Source: a virus. From it: DNA of 64,000 nt. This document shows, in pieces, positions 1 to 9,763 of this stretch. The stretch spans positions 1 through 64,000 of IMG/VR virus record IMGVR_UViG_3300025598_000023. One strand, given 5' to 3'. Below the pieces are notes generated by a model. That model searched no databases. It was not told the DNA's origin and worked only from the letters and a program-made list of their open reading frames with translations. The position numbers were made by a program, and so were the translations under genes. Numbering within the stretch: the stretch's first letter is position 1; every line of letters starts with the position of its first letter.

Positions 1-521
1 CCTGGCCATTCTTGACCATAATATGTTGCTATATCGTTAGTAGTATTACCAGAAGTATTATAATTTAAGTTATTTGTGTTCAAACCAGTGGTGCTTCTTG
101 TAGCAGTTCCGCCAGGTGTGCTTCCTAAAAATAGAGTTTCTTTGTTGCTACTATTTCTGGTAAGAGCAAAATAATACCAAGTATTGATACTCATGGTAGG
201 CACAGTATAAGAATATGCTCCTCGTCCACCATAACTATCTGTTGAAATAGTTGTTGAATTGGTAACGAATAAACTCAAACCATAATCAGCATTAGCACCC
301 ATTATACCATATGCTTGTGTAAAGTTAGGTAATTGAAACCAACCTTCAATACAATAAGCACCACCACCAATGGTAATACCTGGACTTAAACTTAAATATG
401 AACCACCGTGACTCGTGCTACCGCCAGCAAAACTTAAACTACCAGCTAAACTTAATGAACCGTTAGGATAAATTATTACGCCGTTTCCTATTGTAATTCC
501 TGGTCCTACTATTGTTACCAT
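1..521 (-). CDS. LamG/concanavalin A-like lectin-domain virion protein (partial, runs off window)
   Basis: Not in ORF track. Manual translation from ATG at 521, just after the upstream stop: MVTIVGPGITIGNG...GAYCIEGWFQLP...INTWYYFALTRNSSNKETLFLG. The 'xIExW' and 'WxxxAxxR' motifs fit LamG folds; frame is open to the window edge. Confidence 0.7.
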   Translation of the reverse strand, partial: MVTIVGPGITIGNGVIIYPNGSLSLAGSLSFAGGSTSHGGSYLSLSPGITIGGGAYCIEGWFQLPNFTQAYGIMGANADYGLSLFVTNSTTISTDSYGGRGAYSYTVPTMSINTWYYFALTRNSSNKETLFLGSTPGGTATRSTTGLNTNNLNYNTSGNTTNDIATYYGQEWP

Positions 522-523
522 TA

Positions 524-3500
524 TTACACCAATCTCTCAATACTAATTAGGTTGTTGCTATAACCACTGCCAGTAATTGCGCTAACACGATAAGCATTTG
601 TTCCAACAGTTGCAGTAACCATATACAAATCACCAGCAGTTCCGCTTGGATTACCAATATTTGCATAGGTTGTGCTTAACGAAGTGCTGCTACTACCGCC
701 ACTTGGTGTTCCACCTGTGCCAGCTTCAAAAACATAAGTGTAAAGTATACTTGGTGTTCCACTTACGCTACCAATTTGTAGTTGGTTAGCATTGCTACTA
801 CCGTTGTTTAACCACTGAACCTTGATATTATCCATAGTAACTGCTGTATTTTGTGCAACAATTGCGGCACTCTTACCAGTTTGACTTGGACTATAAAGAT
901 TACCACTGATTGTAGCACTTGTTCCAATAAATGTGTTAGCAGTAATAACATTGGCACCAGTGATATTTCCATAACTGCCAGTAGTTATAAAGTTGCTTGC
1001 AATCACATAGTTTGCACCAGTAATATTACCACCGCTACCAGTTGTAATTAGATAACCAGCAGTTACGTTACCACTTGTAGATACGTTACCATAAGTTAGG
1101 TTTGAAGTTACGTTGATATTGCTTGCTATCACGTTGCCAGTTGCAAGAAGGTTACCAACATTGATGTTACCAGTTGTAGTAATTGGGTTGGCATTGCTCA
1201 TATAAACGTTGCCATTTGGATAGATCACCATCTGTGCAGCACCGTTATTATAGAAACTTAACGGCAAGTATGTGCCACTGCCATTTACACCACTAACCAA
1301 CTGAACATCAGTAGTTCCATTGGTAGTGATCATAATTTTACTTGCATTGTTTGCATTGCTATTATTGATTGCTTGCCAACTTGCACCTGTGCTTGTGCCA
1401 TTTGGTAGGGCATATACACCTGTTGTAGCATTTGCATTTATAGTTTGGAATACTGTTCTATAACCAAATGTGCTATTAGTAAAGTCACCAAGTATAGCAC
1501 TGTTGCTTGGCATAATAATATTGCCAGGAACAGTGATATTGCCATCATATTGACTGAATGTCCAGTTATATACTTTTGTGCTTAATACATTTGGATTATA
1601 ATTGGTAAGTATTACTGTTGAACCAAGTCCGCCAGGTAATGTTAAGACATCACCGTTTTTATATCCAGTGCCAGGATTTGTAACAACAAGTGATGCTTGT
1701 GTAACATATCCGCCAACGGAACTATATGATGCAGTCATACCACTACCATTACCGCCCGTAAGTGATTGGTTTGTATATGGTGGTGAATTATATCCACCAG
1801 CAATACCAGATATAGTAAGAACGTTATAAACACCTACTGTGCGAACAGTCATGTTAGTGCTGTTGCCAGCAACTATGTTAGCGTTTCCAACAGTTAGGTT
1901 GATATTACCAACACTTATATTACCTGTATAAGTTGGTAGATAACTTGCTACGTTGCTGTTACTGAATGTCCCAGTTATAGTAGATGCCAGCGTAGCATTA
2001 TTGTTATACCAATAGAATCCATTGGCATACATGTTAGTATTTGCTACCATATTACCTGCAACTACATAACCAGTTCCACTGATATTACCACTTGCGCCAC
2101 TTGTTATTGCAATGTTACCAGCAGATAAATTACCACTATATGTTGTTAGGTAAGCAGCAACATTTGTGTTACTATATGTTGATCCACCGCCAACGCCAGT
2201 TAGATAATAACCATTACCAAGATAGAAACTAGCATTAACATTACCTGCATAAGTTGGAAGATATGCGGCAACTTGTGTATTACCATAACTTCCACCACCA
2301 CCGCTGCTAAATGCTACACCATTTGACCAATAAACACCAGTTGCAATAACATTCCCGCCTATTGCACCGTTTGCCCAAGCAATTGTTCCACCAGGTCCAG
2401 AGAAGCTACCATCACTAGCAAATGTATATTGTTGTGTGCCATTTGGTTTGACACTAATTTGATATGTTCCAATAATTGCTAAATCAAGTGGATTATCTTC
2501 AAGTATTTGTGCACCACCAACTGTAAATTGAAGTTTTGGTGTAGCAATTTGTGTAGCAGCAAGAAAGTTATTGGCATAAACATTTGCCCAATAAAGTGTG
2601 TTATTACCAAGGTAATAAGAAGCATTGGCTTTTGGTATTAAATTACCAGTTATAATATTGCCGATATTTCCATTATAAGTTGGTAGATATGCAGCAACAT
2701 TACTGTTACTGTATGTTGATCCTACACTAATTCCCGTTAGATAATAACCATTACCCGTAAAGAAAGCAGCATTAGAATTACCACTATAAGTTGGAAGATA
2801 ACTGGCAACGTTACTGTTACCGTAATTTGAACCACCACCTCCACTGCTGTATGCAACACCATTTGACCAAAATATACCGTTCGTAGTAATTACATTGCCT
2901 ACATTTGCAGTTCCAACAGCAGTTATACCATTGCTAAAATAAGCATTTCTTGTATATCCACTTAATTCAAATATAGATTGTCCACCTGTTTGACCAATAG
3001 TAAAGCCATCTGGACCAACAGAACCTTGACCAACAACAATATCTATGGAAGTGAGAGTTGTTGTCTTGCTATAGCTATTGATACCATATCCCATTCTCCA
3101 ATTAGTGTCAGCATTAACAAAATCAATCCAGCTAGTTGGACTTATACTGATATTGCCAGCTTTCAATCCATTAGCAAGATATGCAGATACTTGTGTATTG
3201 CCATAATTTCCGCCAATGCCAGAAAGTATGCTTACGCCATTTGGATAATTGTAATTTGGTGAATAAACATTAGATACAAATAGATTACCAAAGAATGAAC
3301 TGATTCCACCAATGTTACCATAGTTATTTGCTGCACCACCATTTATGATTGCATTTTGTTGGTTACCATAAACATTAAGTTGGTAAATGCCCATTTGTCC
3401 ATTTATAGAACCATAGTTAAGCACAGCATTTCTTGTATTATTTGCAGCTAACAAATACCCACTGCCACCGATAGCAACACCAGCAAGCGCACTAGCAGCA

Positions 3501-5209
3501 GTATTTGGTGTAAGGGTAATAGTTCCACTACCAGCACTTTCATTAATAGTTCCACCAGTTGGTAGTCTAATATTACCGCTTGACAATATTTGTATATTTC
3601 CAGTAGCTACAGTATTTGCAACATAATAAGCACTTACTTGTGTATTGCCATAGGTTGCTGGTAACCCTGTAAGATAATAAGCATTTCCTGTAAAGTAAGC
3701 TGCACTAATATTACCAGCAGCAGTAATATTACCGCTTGCTATGATATTATTTGCATATTCAGTTAAAGAAATAGTTTCATAGTGTGCTGTTGTGATATTA
3801 CCAACAACAATTAAATTTCCTCCAACTGTTAAGTTTCCGCTTGTTGCAACATTTTGAAAGGATATAAGAGCATTAGTGTTTAAGAAAGACGCAACTGCTG
3901 CATTGCTGTAAGCAGTTGATTGTATACTTCCATCTGGAAAATATAGATTACCAGTTGTATCAAATTCCCATTGGGTTGGACTTCCAGATGTATTTGAAAT
4001 TAGATAAATTGGACCAGCGGTATAAACTGACGCTTGAGAACTGCTGCCTTCTGCTACATAAAAACCATTGATATCATTCTTACTATTGGCAGTCATTTCA
4101 ATGTAGTTTTGACCTTCTACATTATTATAAGTGAATATCTTCTGATGTCCACCAAAGTTTAAGTTACCGTTTAGAGAAATATTTCCATTTACAACAAACC
4201 CATTAGCTGCTTTCCAACGTCCGACTTCATTGCTTGGACTATCACCGCCAATAGCAAATACAATGTCATTAGGTTGATCAATTGTCATAATGACAAGTTT
4301 ACCACCTTCAACAAGCAAGTAACCGTCATTTGGACCATCAAGTCCTCCACCACCAGTAAAAGTGCTACTATTAATACCAAAATCAATATAATGAGTATAA
4401 TCTGTTCCATTATCGGCAGTAACAACTACGTCACCACTTGCGTTACTTCCACTGTTTTTGTTTTGTAATAAAAATTGTGTATAATTGTTTATATTATCAA
4501 CATATGTAAGTTTTGCATTTAAAGGAGTAAAGTTTGGCAATAAACCTAGTGTTGTATTATTTGGAAAAGTAACATTATTTCCTGTTACATATACATTTTG
4601 AAAAAATTGCGTATAACCATTTACTGTATTATAACCATTTGAATATGTTGTTAAACTAGGTAATCCATTTGAAGTAATGATTATTGCAGTTTGTGAGCCT
4701 ACATTCGCATGAAGCAACCCAGATGTATTATATAAACTTGAAAAAATATAGCCAGAATAATCATTAGGGCTAATTTCAATAAAACTATTTGCACTTATTG
4801 TATTACCACTTATTACTCCGTTTGATACTATTGTTGAATCTGCATATAAACGATCAGCATTTATTCTTGATGCAGTAATTCTTAAATTTGATGTATTTGT
4901 TAATTTGTCTGGATTAATCCAAGTATCAATATGCAGATTACCTAAAAAATTAGACTCATTTACCCACAAATTATTCCATTTAAATGCACTTGTTCCCAAA
5001 GTGTAAGCACTGTCTAATGCAGGACTAACATTAGTAAATTCTAAATTAAGATTAGCACTTACGTTTGCAATTTCGTGTCCACCAGGCGTGACACCATCCA
5101 TAATATAAATTTTGTCTGTTGTTTCGTCGATGACTAATTCACCATTGTGACCAACAAGATTTCCAATTTGTAGTGGGCTTATCTTACCAAAATAACGACG
5201 CAGTGCCAT
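524..5209 (-). CDS. Long fibre protein (Mtd-N-like N-terminus, repetitive Gly/Asn shaft)
   Basis: 1561 aa. N-terminal GELVIDETTDKIYIMDGVTPGG resembles the fibre attachment motif; many repeats of Y(G/S)N(T/S)(Q/N)V(A/S)(A/S)YL(PTY) and GN-rich beta strands. Confidence 0.75.
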   Translation of the reverse strand: MALRRYFGKISPLQIGNLVGHNGELVIDETTDKIYIMDGVTPGGHEIANVSANLNLEFTNVSPALDSAYTLGTSAFKWNNLWVNESNFLGNLHIDTWINPDKLTNTSNLRITASRINADRLYADSTIVSNGVISGNTISANSFIEISPNDYSGYIFSSLYNTSGLLHANVGSQTAIIITSNGLPSLTTYSNGYNTVNGYTQFFQNVYVTGNNVTFPNNTTLGLLPNFTPLNAKLTYVDNINNYTQFLLQNKNSGSNASGDVVVTADNGTDYTHYIDFGINSSTFTGGGGLDGPNDGYLLVEGGKLVIMTIDQPNDIVFAIGGDSPSNEVGRWKAANGFVVNGNISLNGNLNFGGHQKIFTYNNVEGQNYIEMTANSKNDINGFYVAEGSSSQASVYTAGPIYLISNTSGSPTQWEFDTTGNLYFPDGSIQSTAYSNAAVASFLNTNALISFQNVATSGNLTVGGNLIVVGNITTAHYETISLTEYANNIIASGNITAAGNISAAYFTGNAYYLTGLPATYGNTQVSAYYVANTVATGNIQILSSGNIRLPTGGTINESAGSGTITLTPNTAASALAGVAIGGSGYLLAANNTRNAVLNYGSINGQMGIYQLNVYGNQQNAIINGGAANNYGNIGGISSFFGNLFVSNVYSPNYNYPNGVSILSGIGGNYGNTQVSAYLANGLKAGNISISPTSWIDFVNADTNWRMGYGINSYSKTTTLTSIDIVVGQGSVGPDGFTIGQTGGQSIFELSGYTRNAYFSNGITAVGTANVGNVITTNGIFWSNGVAYSSGGGGSNYGNSNVASYLPTYSGNSNAAFFTGNGYYLTGISVGSTYSNSNVAAYLPTYNGNIGNIITGNLIPKANASYYLGNNTLYWANVYANNFLAATQIATPKLQFTVGGAQILEDNPLDLAIIGTYQISVKPNGTQQYTFASDGSFSGPGGTIAWANGAIGGNVIATGVYWSNGVAFSSGGGGSYGNTQVAAYLPTYAGNVNASFYLGNGYYLTGVGGGSTYSNTNVAAYLTTYSGNLSAGNIAITSGASGNISGTGYVVAGNMVANTNMYANGFYWYNNNATLASTITGTFSNSNVASYLPTYTGNISVGNINLTVGNANIVAGNSTNMTVRTVGVYNVLTISGIAGGYNSPPYTNQSLTGGNGSGMTASYSSVGGYVTQASLVVTNPGTGYKNGDVLTLPGGLGSTVILTNYNPNVLSTKVYNWTFSQYDGNITVPGNIIMPSNSAILGDFTNSTFGYRTVFQTINANATTGVYALPNGTSTGASWQAINNSNANNASKIMITTNGTTDVQLVSGVNGSGTYLPLSFYNNGAAQMVIYPNGNVYMSNANPITTTGNINVGNLLATGNVIASNINVTSNLTYGNVSTSGNVTAGYLITTGSGGNITGANYVIASNFITTGSYGNITGANVITANTFIGTSATISGNLYSPSQTGKSAAIVAQNTAVTMDNIKVQWLNNGSSNANQLQIGSVSGTPSILYTYVFEAGTGGTPSGGSSSTSLSTTYANIGNPSGTAGDLYMVTATVGTNAYRVSAITGSGYSNNLISIERLV

Positions 5210-5358
5210 GCTTATATCCTAATATCTTATATTTACCATAAAATTGTTGTTTGATGTTCTATGCAATTATGCATATTAGATGTTTGTGCAATGCAATCAA
5301 TTAATTATTGCACTGCAATAAATATGTGCGTATTATGCATAACAACAGGAGAATCAGT

Positions 5359-5532
5359 ATGACCAATTTAATTAAACGCATAGCTAAAGCTATTGAAAAG
5401 CATAAAAGATATAACCGCACAGTTCGTGAACTTAGTTTCTTAAGTGATCGTGATTTAGCAGATTTAGGTATTAACCGTTGTGATATTCCAAATATTGCAC
5501 ACCGTGTTACTAGAGAAATGACAATAATTTAA
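5359..5532 (+). CDS. DUF1127 (YjiS-like) small protein
   Basis: RYNRTVRELSFLSDRDLADLGINRCDI matches the DUF1127 pattern (R..R.L..L.D..L.DIG..R..I). AGGAGA RBS precedes ATG at 5359, so the start is moved from 5308. Confidence 0.85.
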   Translation: MTNLIKRIAKAIEKHKRYNRTVRELSFLSDRDLADLGINRCDIPNIAHRVTREMTII

Positions 5533-5553
5533 TTTTTAAAAAATTTAGACAAT

Positions 5554-5580
5554 AAAAAAGGGGCATTTCTGCCCCTTTTT
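5554..5580. terminator. Bidirectional intrinsic terminator
   Basis: AAAAAA-GGGGCA-TTTC-TGCCCC-TTTTT between the convergent DUF1127 and major capsid genes. Confidence 0.9.
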
Positions 5581-5603
5581 GTTTGTTAAATCCAAAACCA
5601 ATA

Positions 5604-6803
5604 TTATTGGAATGAAAGGTTGCTTACTGCGATTTCACTTAGGTAGTCAGCAGCATTACCGAAGCTGCTTGCAACGTTAGTGAGTTCGATGTAACCATAA
5701 CGAGTCATAAAGCCAACAACTGGTTCGAATGTTGATGGATCAAGGATCACACCAGATGACATTAGAGGGATGTATGGGCAATAGAACGCTGCAGCGTCTG
5801 CTTCACTTGTACCTTTGTAACCAACTAGAACTGGAATAGTGTCAGTTGCATAGCTGTCAACATAGATACGCATTGCACCGTTGAGAGTACCAACGAACTT
5901 AGTGTTTGTTGGAGCTTCAAAAGCACCTTCTGTAGTACGAGCAAATGCTGAAGTAGTTGCACTTTGTAGAACAGTTAGTGCAGCACTTGAAACAACAGCC
6001 CAGTTACCTGCACCACGACGAGTGCGTTGTGCAATTAGGTTAGCAGCGCGGTTGATAAGAACAGCTAGAGCAGCATGTTCGTCACCAACGAATGTTGCAG
6101 TACCACTTACAGTAGCTTGGTTGAATGTGAATTCACTTGCAGCTAATGAACGTAGGCTATAAAGGATTTCTTGATCGATTTCAGCAGTGATTTCTTGTGC
6201 AAGTGCTGCCATGATTTCTGCTTCAATGTCAAGACCATGCATTGCTTGAGCGTCTTGAGCAGCTTCAAAAGTCCAACGTGCGCTGAGCTTACGAGTCTTA
6301 GCTTCAACTGGTTGCTTTAGAATCTGGACGTTCAAACGACGACCTGGTGTACCTTCGAGTGCAGTAGTAAATCCAGCACGACCATCAGGGCTATTTACGC
6401 CTGGTGCAGCACCTGAATAACCACTAGCAATCTTGAATGGTGAAAGTGCTTCATCATTGATTGCAGCATTTGTACCAAACTGACCACTACCATTACTTGT
6501 GAAGTTATCTGCATAACGAACACGTAGAGTGTGAATCTGTGCGACTGGACCAGTCATTGGTTGAACACCAACGATTTCGTTAGCGATAACAGTAGGCATA
6601 ACACGGCGGATAACAGGTAGGATAACACGGTTAAGTGTTGCTACGTTACCAGCAGCAGTTGCGCCACTAGTTGCGTTTTCTGCAAGATAACGCTTTGTGT
6701 TTTCGAGCACCATGCTCATTGTTGTACGACGATTACCGCTTAGACCTTCCAACAGGGCTGCTTTGGTTTCGTCCCAACGGCTTTCAATTAGTTCTTGTGA
6801 CAT
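5604..6803 (-). CDS. gp23: Major capsid protein (T4 gp23-like)
   Basis: VGVQPMTGP, KTRKLSARWTFEAAQDAQAMHG, AFYCPYIPL and GFMTRYG motifs; position after scaffold and protease. Confidence 0.97.
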   Translation of the reverse strand: MSQELIESRWDETKAALLEGLSGNRRTTMSMVLENTKRYLAENATSGATAAGNVATLNRVILPVIRRVMPTVIANEIVGVQPMTGPVAQIHTLRVRYADNFTSNGSGQFGTNAAINDEALSPFKIASGYSGAAPGVNSPDGRAGFTTALEGTPGRRLNVQILKQPVEAKTRKLSARWTFEAAQDAQAMHGLDIEAEIMAALAQEITAEIDQEILYSLRSLAASEFTFNQATVSGTATFVGDEHAALAVLINRAANLIAQRTRRGAGNWAVVSSAALTVLQSATTSAFARTTEGAFEAPTNTKFVGTLNGAMRIYVDSYATDTIPVLVGYKGTSEADAAAFYCPYIPLMSSGVILDPSTFEPVVGFMTRYGYIELTNVASSFGNAADYLSEIAVSNLSFQ

Positions 6804-6826
6804 AGGGTCTTCTCCAATTTAATTTA

Positions 6827-7924
6827 TTACTTTACCAGACCAGCAAGACGCTTCATTTCAATAATGTTTGAAGATTCTTTCTGTTCTGTTTTTACAGCAC
6901 GGTCACCTGTAACTTCTGTTTTGCTTTCAATGATAGTCTTTTTAGTTTCTACCTTTGGTGCATTACCTTCCATTACTGGGTTTAAGTACTTTTTATATGC
7001 TGCGTCGAGTTTATCTGTTGGGACTGATTCCAGCAGTTGTGACATCACAGCGGCTTTGTCCTTGCTAAGTGGACTTAGCAATTCATTGAGCTTTCCGTTA
7101 CGAGCAATTGATTCATTGATTTTACGGATTTCTACTTCTTTTTCCTTAACTTCAGTCAACGTACGTTCTTGAGCATCACGAGCTTCACTAAGTTGATTTG
7201 CCATAGCAGCAATCTTATTAGTGAGTTTCTTGATGTCTGCGCGTTCATTAAGGTAGCTTGCGCCAAACTCAGTAGCAAAGGCTTCAAAAATCTTACGACC
7301 GAAGTTATTTTCCTTGGCTTCCTGAATATCTGTTTTGAGTTGGTTTAATTCTGTACGTAGATGATTTGTAACTGTGCTTTCTACCAAACTACTTGCCTTC
7401 TTGACAAAACTGTCACGAAGAGTTTCTAGCTTCTTGCGACCTTCGGTAACTACTGCTACCTTAGTTGCTGCAAGGTCAGCCTTGTCTGCTGCAAATTCTG
7501 CAATTTCAGCTTGTAGGTTTTCAGCAACAAATGCTTCCAACTTTGAAATTGTTTTTTGCATATTAGCACGATCACTGCGAAGTTCTGCAACTTCACTTGC
7601 AAGTGATTCACTAAGATAAGAATCAAAATTCTTAGCTTTTTGCATCATTTGCTGTGTGAACTTTACACGGTCTTCGCTTACCATTTCACGTTCAGCCTTA
7701 ATCTTTGTGAGTTCGGCTGTGAGTGATTCGTTAACCATCTTGTCCAGTGCCTCAACCATATTAGCACGGTCGTGTTGATAACGACTAGCCATTTCTTCAC
7801 GAATTTCATCACGAATTTGACCACGTGCTTCTTCTAGCTTTGCATTCCATGCTTCTTCTAGTGTCTTACGTGTATCTTCGTTCAGAAGTCCGCTTTCTAG
7901 TAATGGTTTTAGAGCTTCGAACAT
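6827..7924 (-). CDS. gp22: Prohead scaffold protein (gp22-like)
   Basis: Coiled-coil, Glu/Lys-rich, lies between gp21 and gp23. Confidence 0.85.
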   Translation of the reverse strand: MFEALKPLLESGLLNEDTRKTLEEAWNAKLEEARGQIRDEIREEMASRYQHDRANMVEALDKMVNESLTAELTKIKAEREMVSEDRVKFTQQMMQKAKNFDSYLSESLASEVAELRSDRANMQKTISKLEAFVAENLQAEIAEFAADKADLAATKVAVVTEGRKKLETLRDSFVKKASSLVESTVTNHLRTELNQLKTDIQEAKENNFGRKIFEAFATEFGASYLNERADIKKLTNKIAAMANQLSEARDAQERTLTEVKEKEVEIRKINESIARNGKLNELLSPLSKDKAAVMSQLLESVPTDKLDAAYKKYLNPVMEGNAPKVETKKTIIESKTEVTGDRAVKTEQKESSNIIEMKRLAGLVK

Positions 7925-7939
7925 TAATTTCTCCTGAAC

Positions 7940-8566
7940 TTATATCTTTAATTCAGCAATAAACTTAGCAACTTCTGCTTGCAAGTATTTCTGAACTCGT
8001 TGATCTTGATTTAAATCTTTAGCCATTTCAAGTATACGATGCCCACCTTTCATATTCATGAGTCCTTCATAGACTGCTGTTGGGTAGGCATTAGGTGCAC
8101 TTGGTTGTGCTACTATATCAACAGTAACGATATCAAAATCGCTTACTGCGCCGTCATGTTCATTAACATTACCTGATCCACGACTGCTTACTCCTAGTTT
8201 TACACCACTTTCTAACATGGTGCGAACTAAATTGCCCATTGGTGTAGGCAAAATCTTCATCTTACCATAACCGTTTGGTCCATCTAACCACATTTCTGTA
8301 ATCATATGACTAACACGGTCAAGATTGATGCGTAGGTTAGTTGGGTGATCTACTTCACCCAACACACTATAACCTGTCTTAATTTGCTTATTAAGTGTTT
8401 CAATAGCACGATTGATTTCAGTGATAGGATAAACACGTTGATTAGCGTTCTTCACACCACCTTGGATGCAAATACCCTTAAGGTAAAGGTTTTTGCCTTC
8501 ACCTTCATGGGTCATTTCCATTTTTGCTTGATCGTAGCTAAGATTTTCAATAAGCAAATTATTCAT
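7940..8566 (-). CDS. gp21: Prohead maturation protease (gp21-like)
   Basis: NANQRVYP, LGEVDHP, RVSH, GVSSRGSG and DIVAQPSAPNA motifs. Confidence 0.95.
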   Translation of the reverse strand: MNNLLIENLSYDQAKMEMTHEGEGKNLYLKGICIQGGVKNANQRVYPITEINRAIETLNKQIKTGYSVLGEVDHPTNLRINLDRVSHMITEMWLDGPNGYGKMKILPTPMGNLVRTMLESGVKLGVSSRGSGNVNEHDGAVSDFDIVTVDIVAQPSAPNAYPTAVYEGLMNMKGGHRILEMAKDLNQDQRVQKYLQAEVAKFIAELKI

Positions 8567-8575
8567 TACAATTCC

Positions 8576-9409
8576 TTACTTTGGAAGGTTATTCTTCTTG
8601 TTTACGTTCGGGCCACCGCCAGTTGCAAACTTGCCTTCTGCACTTTGTGGCTTCTTAGCATTTGAGAAACCTTTCTTACCAGCGTCACCGCCTGGTGCAT
8701 TTAAAAACTTTTCAGCGTGTGGAAGTTTACCTTCGCCCTTGCTATATTCATTGCTTGGACCTTTGTAAGCCTTGCCATTTGGGTCTTCGTTGTGTTGACC
8801 TTGTGCAAGATTCTTTGCAGTACCACCCATATCATTTTTGCTAGCTACAATACCTTTTGTATTGGTGCTGCTTGGATATGAATTAGTTGCGCCAACTGGT
8901 TGACCTTCGCTGTTGCTTGATGCTGAAACCTTTTCAACGTATTCACGAACTACGCCTTCTTCAGCATGATCTTGATGCTCTGGTTCTTCTTTTTCTTGCG
9001 CCATTAGCTTTTCAAATTCAGCCTTAAGGTCGTCAAGAGCATCTTCAAGGTCCATTACACGATATTCCATGTCTTCACCACCTTCGTGGTCACCCATGTC
9101 CATGTCGTCATGGTCCATATCCATATCATGACCATCTTCGTGATCCATACCATCATGGTCAGCTTCAATGTCATGCATCATGTCATCAGTCTGGTCCATG
9201 CTCATATCATCGCCAGCTTCATCCATGTCATGGTCATAGTTTTCTTCCATGTCTTCGGTTTCTTCGATTTCTTCGTCCATTTCTTCTGCAACGATTTGGT
9301 TGTAGATGTCACGGCTCTTTGCTACAACGAGGTTATGGAAAAGTTCCTTAGCCTCGTCATGTTGGTCATTAATAATATATTCAATAAGTTGTTCGTACTG
9401 ACTACGCAT
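8576..9409 (-). CDS. Acidic prohead core protein (positional equivalent of gp67/gp68)
   Basis: Asp/Glu/Met/His-rich; lies between portal and protease. Confidence 0.6.
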   Translation of the reverse strand: MRSQYEQLIEYIINDQHDEAKELFHNLVVAKSRDIYNQIVAEEMDEEIEETEDMEENYDHDMDEAGDDMSMDQTDDMMHDIEADHDGMDHEDGHDMDMDHDDMDMGDHEGGEDMEYRVMDLEDALDDLKAEFEKLMAQEKEEPEHQDHAEEGVVREYVEKVSASSNSEGQPVGATNSYPSSTNTKGIVASKNDMGGTAKNLAQGQHNEDPNGKAYKGPSNEYSKGEGKLPHAEKFLNAPGGDAGKKGFSNAKKPQSAEGKFATGGGPNVNKKNNLPK

Positions 9410-9514
9410 ATAAAAAACTCCTGTGGAATAATATCCTGTGTTTTTATTTAAACTATGGATTTAAATAGTGCCTCAAATAGGCTAATTTTTACGATTTTTG
9501 AAATATTTGTGAAA

Positions 9515-9739
9515 TTACAAACCAGGTCCACCACTTGGGGGTGGCGCATACATTGTGCGAACTAATTTCATTTGTTCAACGTATTCGACGGTTCGTTGAT
9601 CATTCATCTTGCGTAATTGATTTATTTGAGCCAGTGTAAGTCTTGTTTTACGCAAATCATGCAACTTTTCTACAGTGTTATCCTGAGAAAGGTCTTGATA
9701 AGCTCCGTTATTTGCATTAAACATTTCACTTAAAAACAT
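9515..9739 (-). CDS. Small head-module hypothetical protein
   Basis: 74 aa, GGAG RBS and TAAATA box upstream, within the head gene cluster. Confidence 0.7.
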   Translation of the reverse strand: MFLSEMFNANNGAYQDLSQDNTVEKLHDLRKTRLTLAQINQLRKMNDQRTVEYVEQMKLVRTMYAPPPSGGPGL

Positions 9740-9763
9740 AGTGGCTCCACTTTTTATTTAGGT

